From NCBI GenBank assembly GCA_038893995.1, contig JAWAQK010000059.1, forward strand, positions 1 through 13,559: a stretch of 13,559 bases of DNA. The letters are read 5' to 3'. The translations under genes were made by a program, and so were the position numbers. Of this stretch, positions 1-7,813 are shown one piece after another. Under the pieces are notes generated by a model that ran no database searches, had not been told where the DNA came from, and saw nothing but the letters and a program-made list of their open reading frames with translations. The number at the start of each line of letters is the position of its first letter. The stretch's first letter is position 1. This DNA comes from Candidatus Thorarchaeota archaeon (GTDB lineage: Archaea > Asgardarchaeota > Thorarchaeia > Thorarchaeales > Thorarchaeaceae).

Positions 1-280
1 ATCTTGAGAAGAACTGGGACTCTATGTCAATGAGAGCAATCAACCGGCCAATCCACTCGACCAGCAACTCGTAGAGGTCGATGCCTCGAACTATGACATG
101 GGTGCACACTCTGGGCATCACTGACGAGACGTCAAGTATCGTGTCGAATGTGGCAATGGCAGCCATCTCAAACGCACCTGATAGCGTTGGAGCCCAACAC
201 TCAATGACGATATCTGCTGTGTGTTCGTGAATCCTGAAACCTCTATCCAAACCTGACAACCCCGGGTCAAGAAACTCCAT
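1..280 (-). CDS. Archease (tRNA splicing/RtcB ligase cofactor family), N-terminal part, truncated by the left window edge
   Basis: Manual minus-strand translation from ATG at 280: MEFLDPGLSGLDRGFRIHEHTADIVIECWAPTLSGAFEMAAIATFDTILDVSSVMPRVCTHVIVRGIDLYELLVEWIGRLIALIDIESQFFSR. It is open to the edge and shows the archease signature (G-F-x-x-x-x-HTAD, LYELLVEWI). It is not in the supplied ORF track because it has no stop inside the window. Confidence 0.85.
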   Translation of the reverse strand, partial: MEFLDPGLSGLDRGFRIHEHTADIVIECWAPTLSGAFEMAAIATFDTILDVSSVMPRVCTHVIVRGIDLYELLVEWIGRLIALIDIESQFFSR

Positions 281-289
281 ACAAGAAGC

Positions 290-297
290 TTAAAAGG
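290..297 (+). promoter_or_regulatory. TATA-box-like element TTAAAAGG, probably driving tRNA-Ser
   Basis: AT-rich element in the 57-bp gap between archease and tRNA-Ser, about 40-48 nt upstream of the mature tRNA 5' end, leaving room for a short 5' leader. Confidence 0.4.
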
Positions 298-337
298 CGT
301 TCTCGAGAGGACTGTATTGCGCGACGCCGCTGTAAGA

Positions 338-454
338 GCCGAGGTAGCCAAGTTGGACAACGGCGCCGGTCTTGAGAACCGGTGTGCTCTGCACTCAGGA
401 GTTCAAAGACTACCAACACCTCGTTGGGTCGGACATATCTCCTCCTCGGCGCCA
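338..454 (+). tRNA. tRNA-Ser(UGA) with a 30-nt intron in the T-loop; CCA encoded
   Basis: Acceptor GCCGAGG (338-344) pairs perfectly with CCTCGGC (444-450), followed by G73 (451) and CCA (452-454). D-arm GCCA-AGTTGGACAA-CGGC. Anticodon arm CCGGT-CTTGAGA-ACCGG (anticodon TGA at 373-375). Class II variable arm GTGC-TCT-GCAC (384-394). T-stem AGGAG (397-401) pairs with CTCCT (439-443). Removing 407-436 restores a TTCAAAT T-loop. Confidence 0.9.
407..436 (+). other. tRNA-Ser intron at position 58/59 (58/59 and 59/60 give the same spliced product)
   Basis: A 3-4-3 bulge-helix-bulge can be drawn: outer helix GGA/TCT (398-400/438-440, one G-U), central helix GTTC/GGAC (401-404/431-434, one G-U), bulges AAA (405-407) and ATA (435-437), inner helix GAC..CCAAC/GTTGG-GTC (408-417/423-430) with a TA bulge and loop ACCTC. 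Confidence 0.82.
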
Positions 455-475
455 CAGAACAGTCAGGTGTGTGCA

Positions 476-2074
476 CTACGAGCTGAGATCTCGAGCCAGG
501 TATTCACCAAGGTCAACATATCCAAGCTGACGATAGTACTCCTTCACGCCTATTCCGCTGTTGACCAGGATTCTTGAGGCGCCACACTCCGTTGCAATGG
601 CTTCGGCCTCTCTCAACAGTCGTTCGCCAAGACCCATGTGCTGCCATGCAGACCTGTCCCTTCGACCCAGCTCCAACATGGGTCCGTACACCCTGAGTTC
701 TCTGATGATCGCGCACGGCTTCTCTAAGATCTCTGGTCGGTGAGCCCCGTCGCTTGGCCTCCTGAGTCTGAGGAATGCTGCAATGACATCAGACTCAGGA
801 TCTTCGAAGGATAAGAAAATCTCCATTCCACGTGAGGCCTCATAGTCACGACGGACCAAGACGAGGTCGTTGCAGTTGACATGAGAACCAGTACGGACCT
901 CGTAGTGTCCGACCTCACGGAAACGTATGGTGGGATTCCTCCATCCCTCTGCGATCATCCTTTGTTCCACCAGCTCCCTCAGATTTCCCACATCAAGGCC
1001 GGCACGGATCTGGTGCAACGGGATATCCCTCTGCATCCGCTGTAGACGCACGTATTCAGGCATCTTGGCCAGCGCCCTCGCCAGCATGTCCACTAGTACT
1101 TCCGTACTATAGGGTCTATAGATACCCTGTTGGTACCACTCGTGGAGCTTCGTGTTCTCGACCACGACAGTCGGATAGATCTTTAACATGTCAGGACGAA
1201 AACGCGGGTCTGAGAAGAGCTGCTCAAACATTGCCAGGTCGCTCTCGGGTGTGGATCCTGGCAGACCAGGCATGATGTGGTAGGCCACCTTCAGACCAGC
1301 ATCGCGAACAAGCTGGGTCGCTCGCACTGTTGCATCCACCGTGTGTCCTCGTTCAACTAGCTCCAAGATTGAGTCGTAGAGCGTCTGAACACCCAACTCA
1401 ACTCTAGTTGCGCCCATCTCGAGCATCTGATCAACGCTCTCAGGTGTGATGCAGTCAGGTCTGGTCTCGAAGGTCACTCCTACGGCCCGGACGGCAGATC
1501 TCTCGTTGACCTGTTTGGCCACAGAGAGCGATCCACTCACGGTGCCGTTCATTGCATCCAGGCATGACTTCACGAACCACTCACGATACTCGCGTTTCTT
1601 CGAACACCAGTCACCGCCCATGACTATCAGCTCAGTCTTCTGGGTAGGATGCCCGATTGCCCTGAGCTGCGCAAGCCTGCTCTCAACCTGTCTGTAGGGA
1701 TCATATCCATTCTGGATGCCTCTCAGAGTGGCGGGCTCATGACCAGTATAACTCTGCGGTACTCCATACTCAGGCCCCCCTGGGCAATATGCACACTTGC
1801 CGTGGGGGCATCTTTGAGGCTCGGTCATGACTGCAACAACAGCAACGCCAGAGATCGTTCTTACTGGACGTTTCTTCAGGAGTTGTGACAGAATCGGTCT
1901 CTCCTCAGGCGTTGCGAACTGTAGCAGATCCGCGTTGGAGGGGACACGAGGCAGACCGTGCTTCTTGCATTCCGTATTCTTGATACGATTGATCTCTGAC
2001 CTCGAAGCGGATTCAAGAGCGAGTATCGCAGATATCATTGCTCGACACGCGGAATGGAACTGGCGCATATCCAT
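476..2074 (-). CDS. elp3: Elp3-family radical SAM/GNAT tRNA uridine(34) acetyltransferase
   Basis: ORF 476..2185(-) contains KHGLPRVPSNADLL, RCPHGKCAYCPGGP (radical SAM Cys cluster), TYTGHEPA-like/NGYDPYRQ, GVTFETRPD, GATRVELGVQT, AYHIMPGLPGS and a C-terminal GNAT part (GLGERLLREAEAIA..GVKEYYRQLGY). Start placed at the internal ATG at 2074 because a TATA-like TATTAAAT lies about 30-38 nt upstream and the first 37 residues do not look Elp3-like. Confidence 0.95.
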   Translation of the reverse strand: MDMRQFHSACRAMISAILALESASRSEINRIKNTECKKHGLPRVPSNADLLQFATPEERPILSQLLKKRPVRTISGVAVVAVMTEPQRCPHGKCAYCPGGPEYGVPQSYTGHEPATLRGIQNGYDPYRQVESRLAQLRAIGHPTQKTELIVMGGDWCSKKREYREWFVKSCLDAMNGTVSGSLSVAKQVNERSAVRAVGVTFETRPDCITPESVDQMLEMGATRVELGVQTLYDSILELVERGHTVDATVRATQLVRDAGLKVAYHIMPGLPGSTPESDLAMFEQLFSDPRFRPDMLKIYPTVVVENTKLHEWYQQGIYRPYSTEVLVDMLARALAKMPEYVRLQRMQRDIPLHQIRAGLDVGNLRELVEQRMIAEGWRNPTIRFREVGHYEVRTGSHVNCNDLVLVRRDYEASRGMEIFLSFEDPESDVIAAFLRLRRPSDGAHRPEILEKPCAIIRELRVYGPMLELGRRDRSAWQHMGLGERLLREAEAIATECGASRILVNSGIGVKEYYRQLGYVDLGEYLARDLSS

Positions 2075-2103
2075 CTGAGTCCTGTGTACTCGGGCGTCGG
2101 CGG

Positions 2104-2112
2104 CATTTAATA
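2104..2112 (-). promoter_or_regulatory. TATA-box-like element for elp3 (minus strand TATTAAATG)
   Basis: AT-rich element about 30-38 nt upstream of the ATG at 2074, the spacing expected for an archaeal promoter with a short leader. Confidence 0.45.
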
Positions 2113-2354
2113 CTGCACGGTGTAGCCAAGAGGAAATGCCGAACCTACAGAGGAGGGTATCAGAGCGAGTACGTCTGGTGATCATGGATCAGGATACTGC
2201 AGAAGTCGGAGTACACCATTCAGTCAGGCGAGCTCACGGGTTTCGTGGTCCGCCAGGCACTGACTCGATGTGAGGAACAAGGTTAGTCTGTCGGGATATC
2301 TTTTTATGTACATGACAGGAGAGAGGTAGGAAGTACCGAAAGGAGAAGAATACA

Positions 2355-2516
2355 ATGCCCGGTTCACACGGTTCATTGACAAAGGCGGGCAAGGTAAGAG
2401 AGTCAACACCAAAGGTCCCAGCCCGCGAACGGCACACACCTATCCCGCGAATAAGAAACAAGCGAAACTACATCAAGAGATTTGTCCGCGGGTCTGCAGT
2501 GGGCATGGGCGTATAG
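2355..2516 (+). CDS. rps30e: Small ribosomal subunit protein eS30 (S30e), 53 aa
   Basis: Manual translation: MPGSHGSLTKAGKVRESTPKVPARERHTPIPRIRNKRNYIKRFVRGSAVGMGV*. It matches the S30e pattern (HGSLTKAGKVR..TPK..., PR.RNKRNYIKRFV). AGGAG at 2341-2345 lies ahead of the ATG, with a TATA-like tttttatg around 2301-2308. It is below the ORF-track length threshold. Confidence 0.93.
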   Translation: MPGSHGSLTKAGKVRESTPKVPARERHTPIPRIRNKRNYIKRFVRGSAVGMGV

Positions 2517-2522
2517 AGTATT

Positions 2523-3350
2523 TCATAGGGGCTCCCTGACGCCACTGCCATTTCTCCTATAGCGACCAAACTCCTCGATCTTAGAGATCGTTTCGCCGCT
2601 GAATACAGGACCGTCCATACACACAAGCAGTCCATCAGGGTCGAGAGCGCAAGTACCGCAGAGACCACACCCACACTTCATGAATCGCTCCAGTGAGAAC
2701 TGGAAGGGAATCCGGTATTGCGCCAGGATAGCGTAGAGTGTCGTCAACATTGCCTCAGGACCACAAGCATAGGCAGCATCGAAGGTAGTATTGTGTAGGA
2801 GATGTCTGACAACATCTGTAACAAGACCTCTGGTTCCGGCCGAACCGTCGTCAGTCGAGACTGACATGCGTAGAGAGCCGCTGACTACAGAGAACTCGTC
2901 AACGTACAGCAGACGCTCTCGACTACGTGCTCCATTGACGAACACGACGTCGGCCTGACGTTCCATAAGATTGTAGAGTAGCGGACGCAATGGTGCGGAA
3001 CCTATTCCGCCCCCAACAACGAGGACATGATGACCCCGTATCTCAAAACCTCTGCCAAATGGTCCTCTCAGCCCCAGCAGATCGCCCTCTTCCACCGAGA
3101 TCAACGCTTCAGTAGTATCTCCGACTGACTGAACCGTAATGGCGGCCTCTGGATAGCGAATGAGAGAAACACTCATTGGTACTTCATCACCGGCACCGGG
3201 AACCATCACCATGAGGAACTGCCCCGCTCCATAAGTCCTGTCGGGGGTATCGAATATGAGAGTCGCGCAATTGGGATTCTCCTGGATCTTCCTCTTGACA
3301 GGAACTACTACAGGTCTTCCGAACATCTTTTCTACATCCAACTCAATCAC
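2523..3350 (-). CDS. pyrK: Dihydroorotate dehydrogenase electron transfer subunit (FAD/2Fe-2S)
   Basis: ORF protein has an FNR-like fold: GAGQFLMVMVPG, HHVLVVGGGIGSAPLRPLLY, AYACGPEAMLTTLY, and a C-terminal MKCGCGLCGTCALDPDGLLVCMDGPVF cluster. GTG start at 3350 overlaps the pyrD stop. Confidence 0.93.
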   Translation of the reverse strand: MIELDVEKMFGRPVVVPVKRKIQENPNCATLIFDTPDRTYGAGQFLMVMVPGAGDEVPMSVSLIRYPEAAITVQSVGDTTEALISVEEGDLLGLRGPFGRGFEIRGHHVLVVGGGIGSAPLRPLLYNLMERQADVVFVNGARSRERLLYVDEFSVVSGSLRMSVSTDDGSAGTRGLVTDVVRHLLHNTTFDAAYACGPEAMLTTLYAILAQYRIPFQFSLERFMKCGCGLCGTCALDPDGLLVCMDGPVFSGETISKIEEFGRYRRNGSGVREPL

Positions 3351-4213
3351 CTTGATGCCAGTCCGATCAGTTCGCTCACGTCTCTAAAGCCCTCTGAGTC
3401 AAGGTATCTCCTGACACCATCCTTTATTCTTGTGAAGATGTCGAAGCCACTCATCAGTGCAGTTCCAATCTGGATTGCACTGGCGCCAGCGAGATGCATC
3501 TCGACTGCATCCTCCCAGCTACAGACACCCCCCACACCAACTACTGGTATGTTCAGGGCATTATAGAGGTCATAAACACACCTAACTGCAATCGGAAAGA
3601 TAGGCGGACCTGACAATCCTCCAATCCTGTTACCCAGCACAGGACGTCTAGAGTAGATGTCTATCTTCATGCCTCGGACCGTATTGATCGCGACAACAGC
3701 ATCAGCTCCTGCCTCCTCCGCGGCTTTTCCGATCGAAACTATGTCAGAAGCATTTGGTGTCAACTTGGCGAGGACGGGACACTCAACCACATCCTTGACA
3801 GAACTCACGTAGGCGTGTGTCAACTCAGGGTCATGCGCAATTTGACTGATCTCAGCATGCGGACAAGAGAGATTGAGTTCAAGTGCATCGGGCCTCATCA
3901 GAGATGCCTTCTGCGCCACCTGAACTATTTCTTCGACACTCGTGCCAAAGATGCTCATCACGACTGGAATTCCATCACGTTTCAGCGCATCCATCTCCAC
4001 AGAGAATGCATCTATTCCAGGGTTAGATAGTCCCACTGAATTTAGCAGACCTCCATGTGATGTTGCCAATACCGGTCCAGAGTGACCATGGCGCGGGTGT
4101 AGGCCGATCGACTTCGTCACCACTGCGTCCGCCCCATGTCTGAAGACGCGTTTCAAGATGGCAGCACTCGTACCCAGTATCCCGGAGGCAAGCCAGTATC
4201 CAACTATCTTCAA
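3347..4213 (-). CDS. pyrD: Dihydroorotate dehydrogenase, class 1B catalytic subunit
   Basis: ORF protein contains [117 protein letters not shown]. Start at 4213 is TTG. Confidence 0.95.
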   Translation of the reverse strand: MKIVGYWLASGILGTSAAILKRVFRHGADAVVTKSIGLHPRHGHSGPVLATSHGGLLNSVGLSNPGIDAFSVEMDALKRDGIPVVMSIFGTSVEEIVQVAQKASLMRPDALELNLSCPHAEISQIAHDPELTHAYVSSVKDVVECPVLAKLTPNASDIVSIGKAAEEAGADAVVAINTVRGMKIDIYSRRPVLGNRIGGLSGPPIFPIAVRCVYDLYNALNIPVVGVGGVCSWEDAVEMHLAGASAIQIGTALMSGFDIFTRIKDGVRRYLDSEGFRDVSELIGLASR

Positions 4214-4405
4214 TCCATCATCAATGCATGGGCTCTGCCTTGCTCATGTAATAAGGTAGATGGAATTACACATCGCTCGATAGTCGACCGGTAAGCGTCT
4301 GTACGTGTGAAGCTCATGTGAGTGGTCTTAAGCAGACCGACCTCCTTCACGACACAGTCATACTTATTCGGAGGGACGTCCACGCTTGCATGGAGGCCTG
4401 CTCGC

Positions 4406-5656
4406 ATGGTGGTCTATCTGACTAGCACTATCTGCGGTTACTTTGCTACCGATAAGGATGGTCAAGTCTTGGTATCCGAAGTGGTCTATCCAGACGTGAC
4501 CGACGCGGCAACCGAGTTCGTGAATCTTGGCCGTGGTGGAATGACAGAAGGACTCAGGCGCATTGTAACCAAGATGATAGAGAATGGACACCGTGAGATA
4601 GTTGTCGAGGACCGCATGCTAGCGAGAGCTCTCTCGGAGTTTAGAGATCTGAGCGTGTCAGTCGATGAGCAGTCAAGGGAGATCAAGTGGTTCCGCAGCT
4701 TGCATGACTCCATGATGCTGGAGAGAGGCATCGTATCCTCCGAGGAGGACCTGCGTCGATTCAGACATTCTGTATCGCTGCTTGTTGCCGAAGTGTCCCT
4801 CAGAGAAGCTTGCAGAGAGAGAGATCTGCTCGTAAAGCAGGCAATCAATGCGGTCGATGACTTGAACAAGTCAATAAACATCATTACAATGAGGGCTAAG
4901 GAATGGTATTCGTTCCATAGCCCGTCCGTGAGTATGATCGTTGACGACCCTGAGGTCCTCTCGCAGATAATCACAGGGGAGTACGACCACACAGAACTTG
5001 AGAGCAGGCTTGCCGAACTTGGACACCCAACAACAATCTTTGAATCCTTGAGCAAATCTGAGCTAAACAGGATAGGAGGCGCACTCTCTGAAACTGACAT
5101 TGAGGCAATCAGGTCCCTCGGCAAACTCATAGGAGTTCTCCTGCAGGTAAAGAGAGGACTCGAGCACTACGTAGAGTTGATGATGCGCGAGGTGGCCCCG
5201 AACCTAAGTGCCCTTGTCGAACCCCTGGTCGCCGCCCGACTGATAGACGGCGCAGGGTCTCTGGCCGATCTTGCAAGGCGACCATCCAGTACAGTACAAG
5301 TGCTTGGAGCTGAACGGGCGCTCTTTAGGAGTCTAAGGACAGGGACTGCTCCACCAAAGCATGGACTCATATTTCAACTTCCAGAGGTTCATTCGGCCCC
5401 GCTGTGGCAGAGAGGCAGGATTGCAAGGGCATTCGCAGGGAAGATTGCAATCGCAGCACGAGTGGATGCATACTCAAAGCGGGATGTCAGCGAACAACTC
5501 CGGCAGGACCTAGAGCGAAGACTGATCGAGATCCGAAACCGGTCCAGACCTCGGCTCACTCATGCTACTACTACCAGATCAAGACCGTCTACTGAGAAGG
5601 GCACACGCACAGGGCGCCGGAAGGCACCCAGGAAACGTGGAGGGAGAAACAATTGA
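4406..5656 (+). CDS. nop5: Nop5/Nop56/58-family C/D box sRNP core protein
   Basis: ORF 4322..5656(+). The family-like N-terminus MVVYLTSTICGYFATD starts at ATG 4406. C-terminal Nop domain: APNLSALVEPLVAARLIDGAGSLADLARRPSSTVQVLGAERALFRSLRTGTAPPKHGLIFQLPEVHSAPLWQRGRIARAFAGKIAIAARVDAYSKRD, then a basic tail. GGAGG lies at 4392-4396. Confidence 0.95.
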   Translation: MVVYLTSTICGYFATDKDGQVLVSEVVYPDVTDAATEFVNLGRGGMTEGLRRIVTKMIENGHREIVVEDRMLARALSEFRDLSVSVDEQSREIKWFRSLHDSMMLERGIVSSEEDLRRFRHSVSLLVAEVSLREACRERDLLVKQAINAVDDLNKSINIITMRAKEWYSFHSPSVSMIVDDPEVLSQIITGEYDHTELESRLAELGHPTTIFESLSKSELNRIGGALSETDIEAIRSLGKLIGVLLQVKRGLEHYVELMMREVAPNLSALVEPLVAARLIDGAGSLADLARRPSSTVQVLGAERALFRSLRTGTAPPKHGLIFQLPEVHSAPLWQRGRIARAFAGKIAIAARVDAYSKRDVSEQLRQDLERRLIEIRNRSRPRLTHATTTRSRPSTEKGTRTGRRKAPRKRGGRNN

Positions 5657-6339
5657 AGATCGCTCCGCACAAATTCCCAGGCGTCTTTACCATTTCAGAC
5701 GAGAGGGGATACCAGCTGGGGACGCGCGCACTCGTAGCGGGTCAGAGCGTATACGGTGAGAGGACGATTACGGAGAATGATACAGAATACAGACTTTGGT
5801 CCCCCAGACGATCTAAGCTGGCCGCAGCAATTCAGAATGGACTCCAGGAGTTTCCAATCCAGCCCGGGAGCCATGTGCTGTACCTAGGCGCCGCATCCGG
5901 AACAACTGTGAGCCATGTCTCTGATATTGTTGGGCCTGAGGGATGTGTGTTTGCGGTCGAGTTCTCTGCGACTGTCGCACGCGCCCTGTTTCAACTTGCT
6001 CATGTTCGACAGAACGTAAACCCGATAGTAGCGGACGCAAGACACCCGACTCAATACTTGCCACTCTTGAGAACTCCTGTAGACGTAGTGTACCAGGACG
6101 TTGCCCAGCCAGACCAGGCCAGAATTCTTGCATTGAACATGAGAGCGGCCTCGTCCTATGGGGGGTGGGGAATGATTGCAATCAAGGCACGGAGTGTCTC
6201 ATCTACTACCCCTGTGACAGAGATCTACCGAAGAGAAACTGCGGCTCTAGAATCATTAGGACTTGAGGTAGTTGAACGAGTCATGCTCGATCCGTTCGAG
6301 AGAGATCATATCATGGTTACTGTCAGGTCGACGGGGTGA
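5653..6339 (+). CDS. flpA: Fibrillarin-like rRNA/tRNA 2'-O-methyltransferase
   Basis: ORF protein contains YRLWSPRRSKLAAAIQNGL, PGSHVLYLGAASGTTVSHVSDIVGPEGCVFAVEFS, VVYQDVAQPDQARILALNMR, GWGMIAIKARS. TTG start overlaps the nop5 stop by 4 bp. Confidence 0.96.
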   Translation: MKIAPHKFPGVFTISDERGYQLGTRALVAGQSVYGERTITENDTEYRLWSPRRSKLAAAIQNGLQEFPIQPGSHVLYLGAASGTTVSHVSDIVGPEGCVFAVEFSATVARALFQLAHVRQNVNPIVADARHPTQYLPLLRTPVDVVYQDVAQPDQARILALNMRAASSYGGWGMIAIKARSVSSTTPVTEIYRRETAALESLGLEVVERVMLDPFERDHIMVTVRSTG

Positions 6340-6779
6340 CCTACATGAGTGAATTGATAGAGAGGATACTGAAGAGGGAGATCGACAGTATCAACAATCA
6401 TCTGCCCAAGAAACGGGTGTCGCTTGAGAATCTAAGAGACAATGAGAACCCGTACTATGAAACGAGGGGCGGCGAGAGGTCATCGATATTCAGGTCGGAG
6501 ATCGAGTTTCTGCTGAACGAGGTCCCCAAGACACTTCATGCAGACTTCATGGTGCCGATCGTTGTACTCCGAAGGATAGACCTGGGACCTGGAACATACT
6601 CTGTGACGGGGGGAACACCAGAGTTGTTCCTCGTCCAGCGCATGGTTGGTCAGGTCGACCTACAGTGGGGATCTCTGAGCAGATGGCAAGTAGTTGATAG
6701 GCTATCCAAGCCTCAGGTCCAACAGTTGAGGAGAAGACTTCCCTCTGCAACGTGTGTGGGATTCACTACTTCCACATAG
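6336..6779 (+). CDS. UPF0216/DUF61 family protein
   Basis: Pattern INNHLPKKRVSLENLRDNENPYYETRGGERSSIFRSEIEFLLNEVP..LHADFMVPIVVLRR...RRRLPSATCVGF fits DUF61 from memory. GTG start overlaps the flpA stop by 4 bp; an ATG follows at 6345. Confidence 0.8.
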   Translation: MTYMSELIERILKREIDSINNHLPKKRVSLENLRDNENPYYETRGGERSSIFRSEIEFLLNEVPKTLHADFMVPIVVLRRIDLGPGTYSVTGGTPELFLVQRMVGQVDLQWGSLSRWQVVDRLSKPQVQQLRRRLPSATCVGFTTST

Positions 6780-6847
6780 AGGAAGTGACCTGTTCAGCAA
6801 TGCTGAAAAGTCATCTGTACATCTATAGATGAGGTGAACCCGTCAAG

Positions 6848-7813
6848 TTGACCAAAGAAAGAAATCAGCTTCTAGAACAGGTGAAGACTGAACTGGCAGA
6901 TGCTGGGTTCCTTGTGTCCTCCGACTGCGATGTGAGACCCAGCTGCTTTGACATCGTTGCACGAAAGGACGACCAGCTGGTGCTTGTGAAGGTCCTTGCC
7001 AACGTCGGGGCACTCACAAACCAGGATGCCAGCGCGCTGAAACGGGTCGCCGGGTTCTTCAATGCAGTCCCCCTGGTCATTGGCAACAAGACGCAGAGAG
7101 GTCAACTTGAGGATAACACCGTCTACAAGAGATACGGGATAACCACCATCACGACGTCTATACTCCGGAGGGTGCTGAGATCTGACGAACTTCCCATGGA
7201 ATATGTCCAGCGGGGAGGACGTTTTGTGACAATAGACAGTGTGAAACTCAGAGAAACTAGAACAGTGCGTAGGATGACTAAAGAAGACCTAGCGGAGTGT
7301 GTCAACGTTTCAGCAAGGGCAATCCTTGCCTACGAGAAGAACGAGATTGATGTCAGTGTCGAAGTAGCTGAGCGACTTGAGAAGGTCCTAGAAACCGACC
7401 TGATCATCCCTATCGACCCCCTGAGAGCGTCCCTGCCCGACAACAGCCCCCTGGACAGCAATGTGCCGCAGGAAGAGGAGTTGTCATATATAGAGCGCAA
7501 GGTGACAGACTTCCTGGGCCAGCTTGGTATGACTGTACTCTGGACAAATCGAGCACCGTTCCATATAGCAGCAAGAGAGAGAGGACCTCCTATCCTTTCG
7601 GGTATTGGATCCATTCGAAACCCTGGTTTTCAGAGGAGGACTGAGATACTGAAGAGTGTTTCTGAGGTAACAGAGTCAGATGCCGTCCTCATAGTCGAGG
7701 ATCAAGACGGACCTGAGATGACAGATCTGCCAGTCGTTTATCAACAGGAACTAGAAGAAATCGACGAACCTACCGAACTGAAGAGGATCTTATCCGAACG
7801 ACTGGATGGTTGA
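6848..7813 (+). CDS. Putative archaeal HTH-type transcriptional regulator (COG1395-like), restriction-endonuclease-like N-terminal part plus HTH
   Basis: N-terminus LVSSDCDVRPSCFDIVARKDDQLVLVKVLANVGAL; HTH-like MTKEDLAECVNVSARAILAYEKNEIDVSVEVAERLEKVLETDLIIPID; C-terminal PFHIAARERGPPILSGIGS. TTG start preceded by gaggtga. Confidence 0.78.
   Translation: MTKERNQLLEQVKTELADAGFLVSSDCDVRPSCFDIVARKDDQLVLVKVLANVGALTNQDASALKRVAGFFNAVPLVIGNKTQRGQLEDNTVYKRYGITTITTSILRRVLRSDELPMEYVQRGGRFVTIDSVKLRETRTVRRMTKEDLAECVNVSARAILAYEKNEIDVSVEVAERLEKVLETDLIIPIDPLRASLPDNSPLDSNVPQEEELSYIERKVTDFLGQLGMTVLWTNRAPFHIAARERGPPILSGIGSIRNPGFQRRTEILKSVSEVTESDAVLIVEDQDGPEMTDLPVVYQQELEEIDEPTELKRILSERLDG

Noticed and set aside
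338-430. tRNA-Ser as a degenerate pseudogene ending at CACCTCGTT
   Set aside because: That reading gives a broken T-arm and mismatched acceptor. The intron model gives perfect 7-bp acceptor and 5-bp T-stem pairing plus G73 and CCA.
267-577. ORFs 267..476(-) and 317..577(+) as genes
   Set aside because: Both overlap the well-supported tRNA-Ser locus, and the plus ORF also overlaps the 3' end of elp3. Their translations look like no protein family.
2224-2674. Minus-strand ORFs 2224..2439, 2234..2461 and the ORF 2468..2674
   Set aside because: The first two lie antisense to rps30e or its upstream region and the third overlaps pyrK. None has recognisable motifs.
4486-5130. 214-aa ORF 4486..5130(-)
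   Set aside because: Entirely antisense to nop5, with a Ser/Leu-rich shadow composition typical of reverse-frame ORFs.
6780-6847. Possible C/D box RNA (CTGA and GATGAGG elements) in the gap before the HTH gene
   Set aside because: No proper C box (RTGATGA) to D box ordering could be found; the GATGAGGTGA is better read as a Shine-Dalgarno region.
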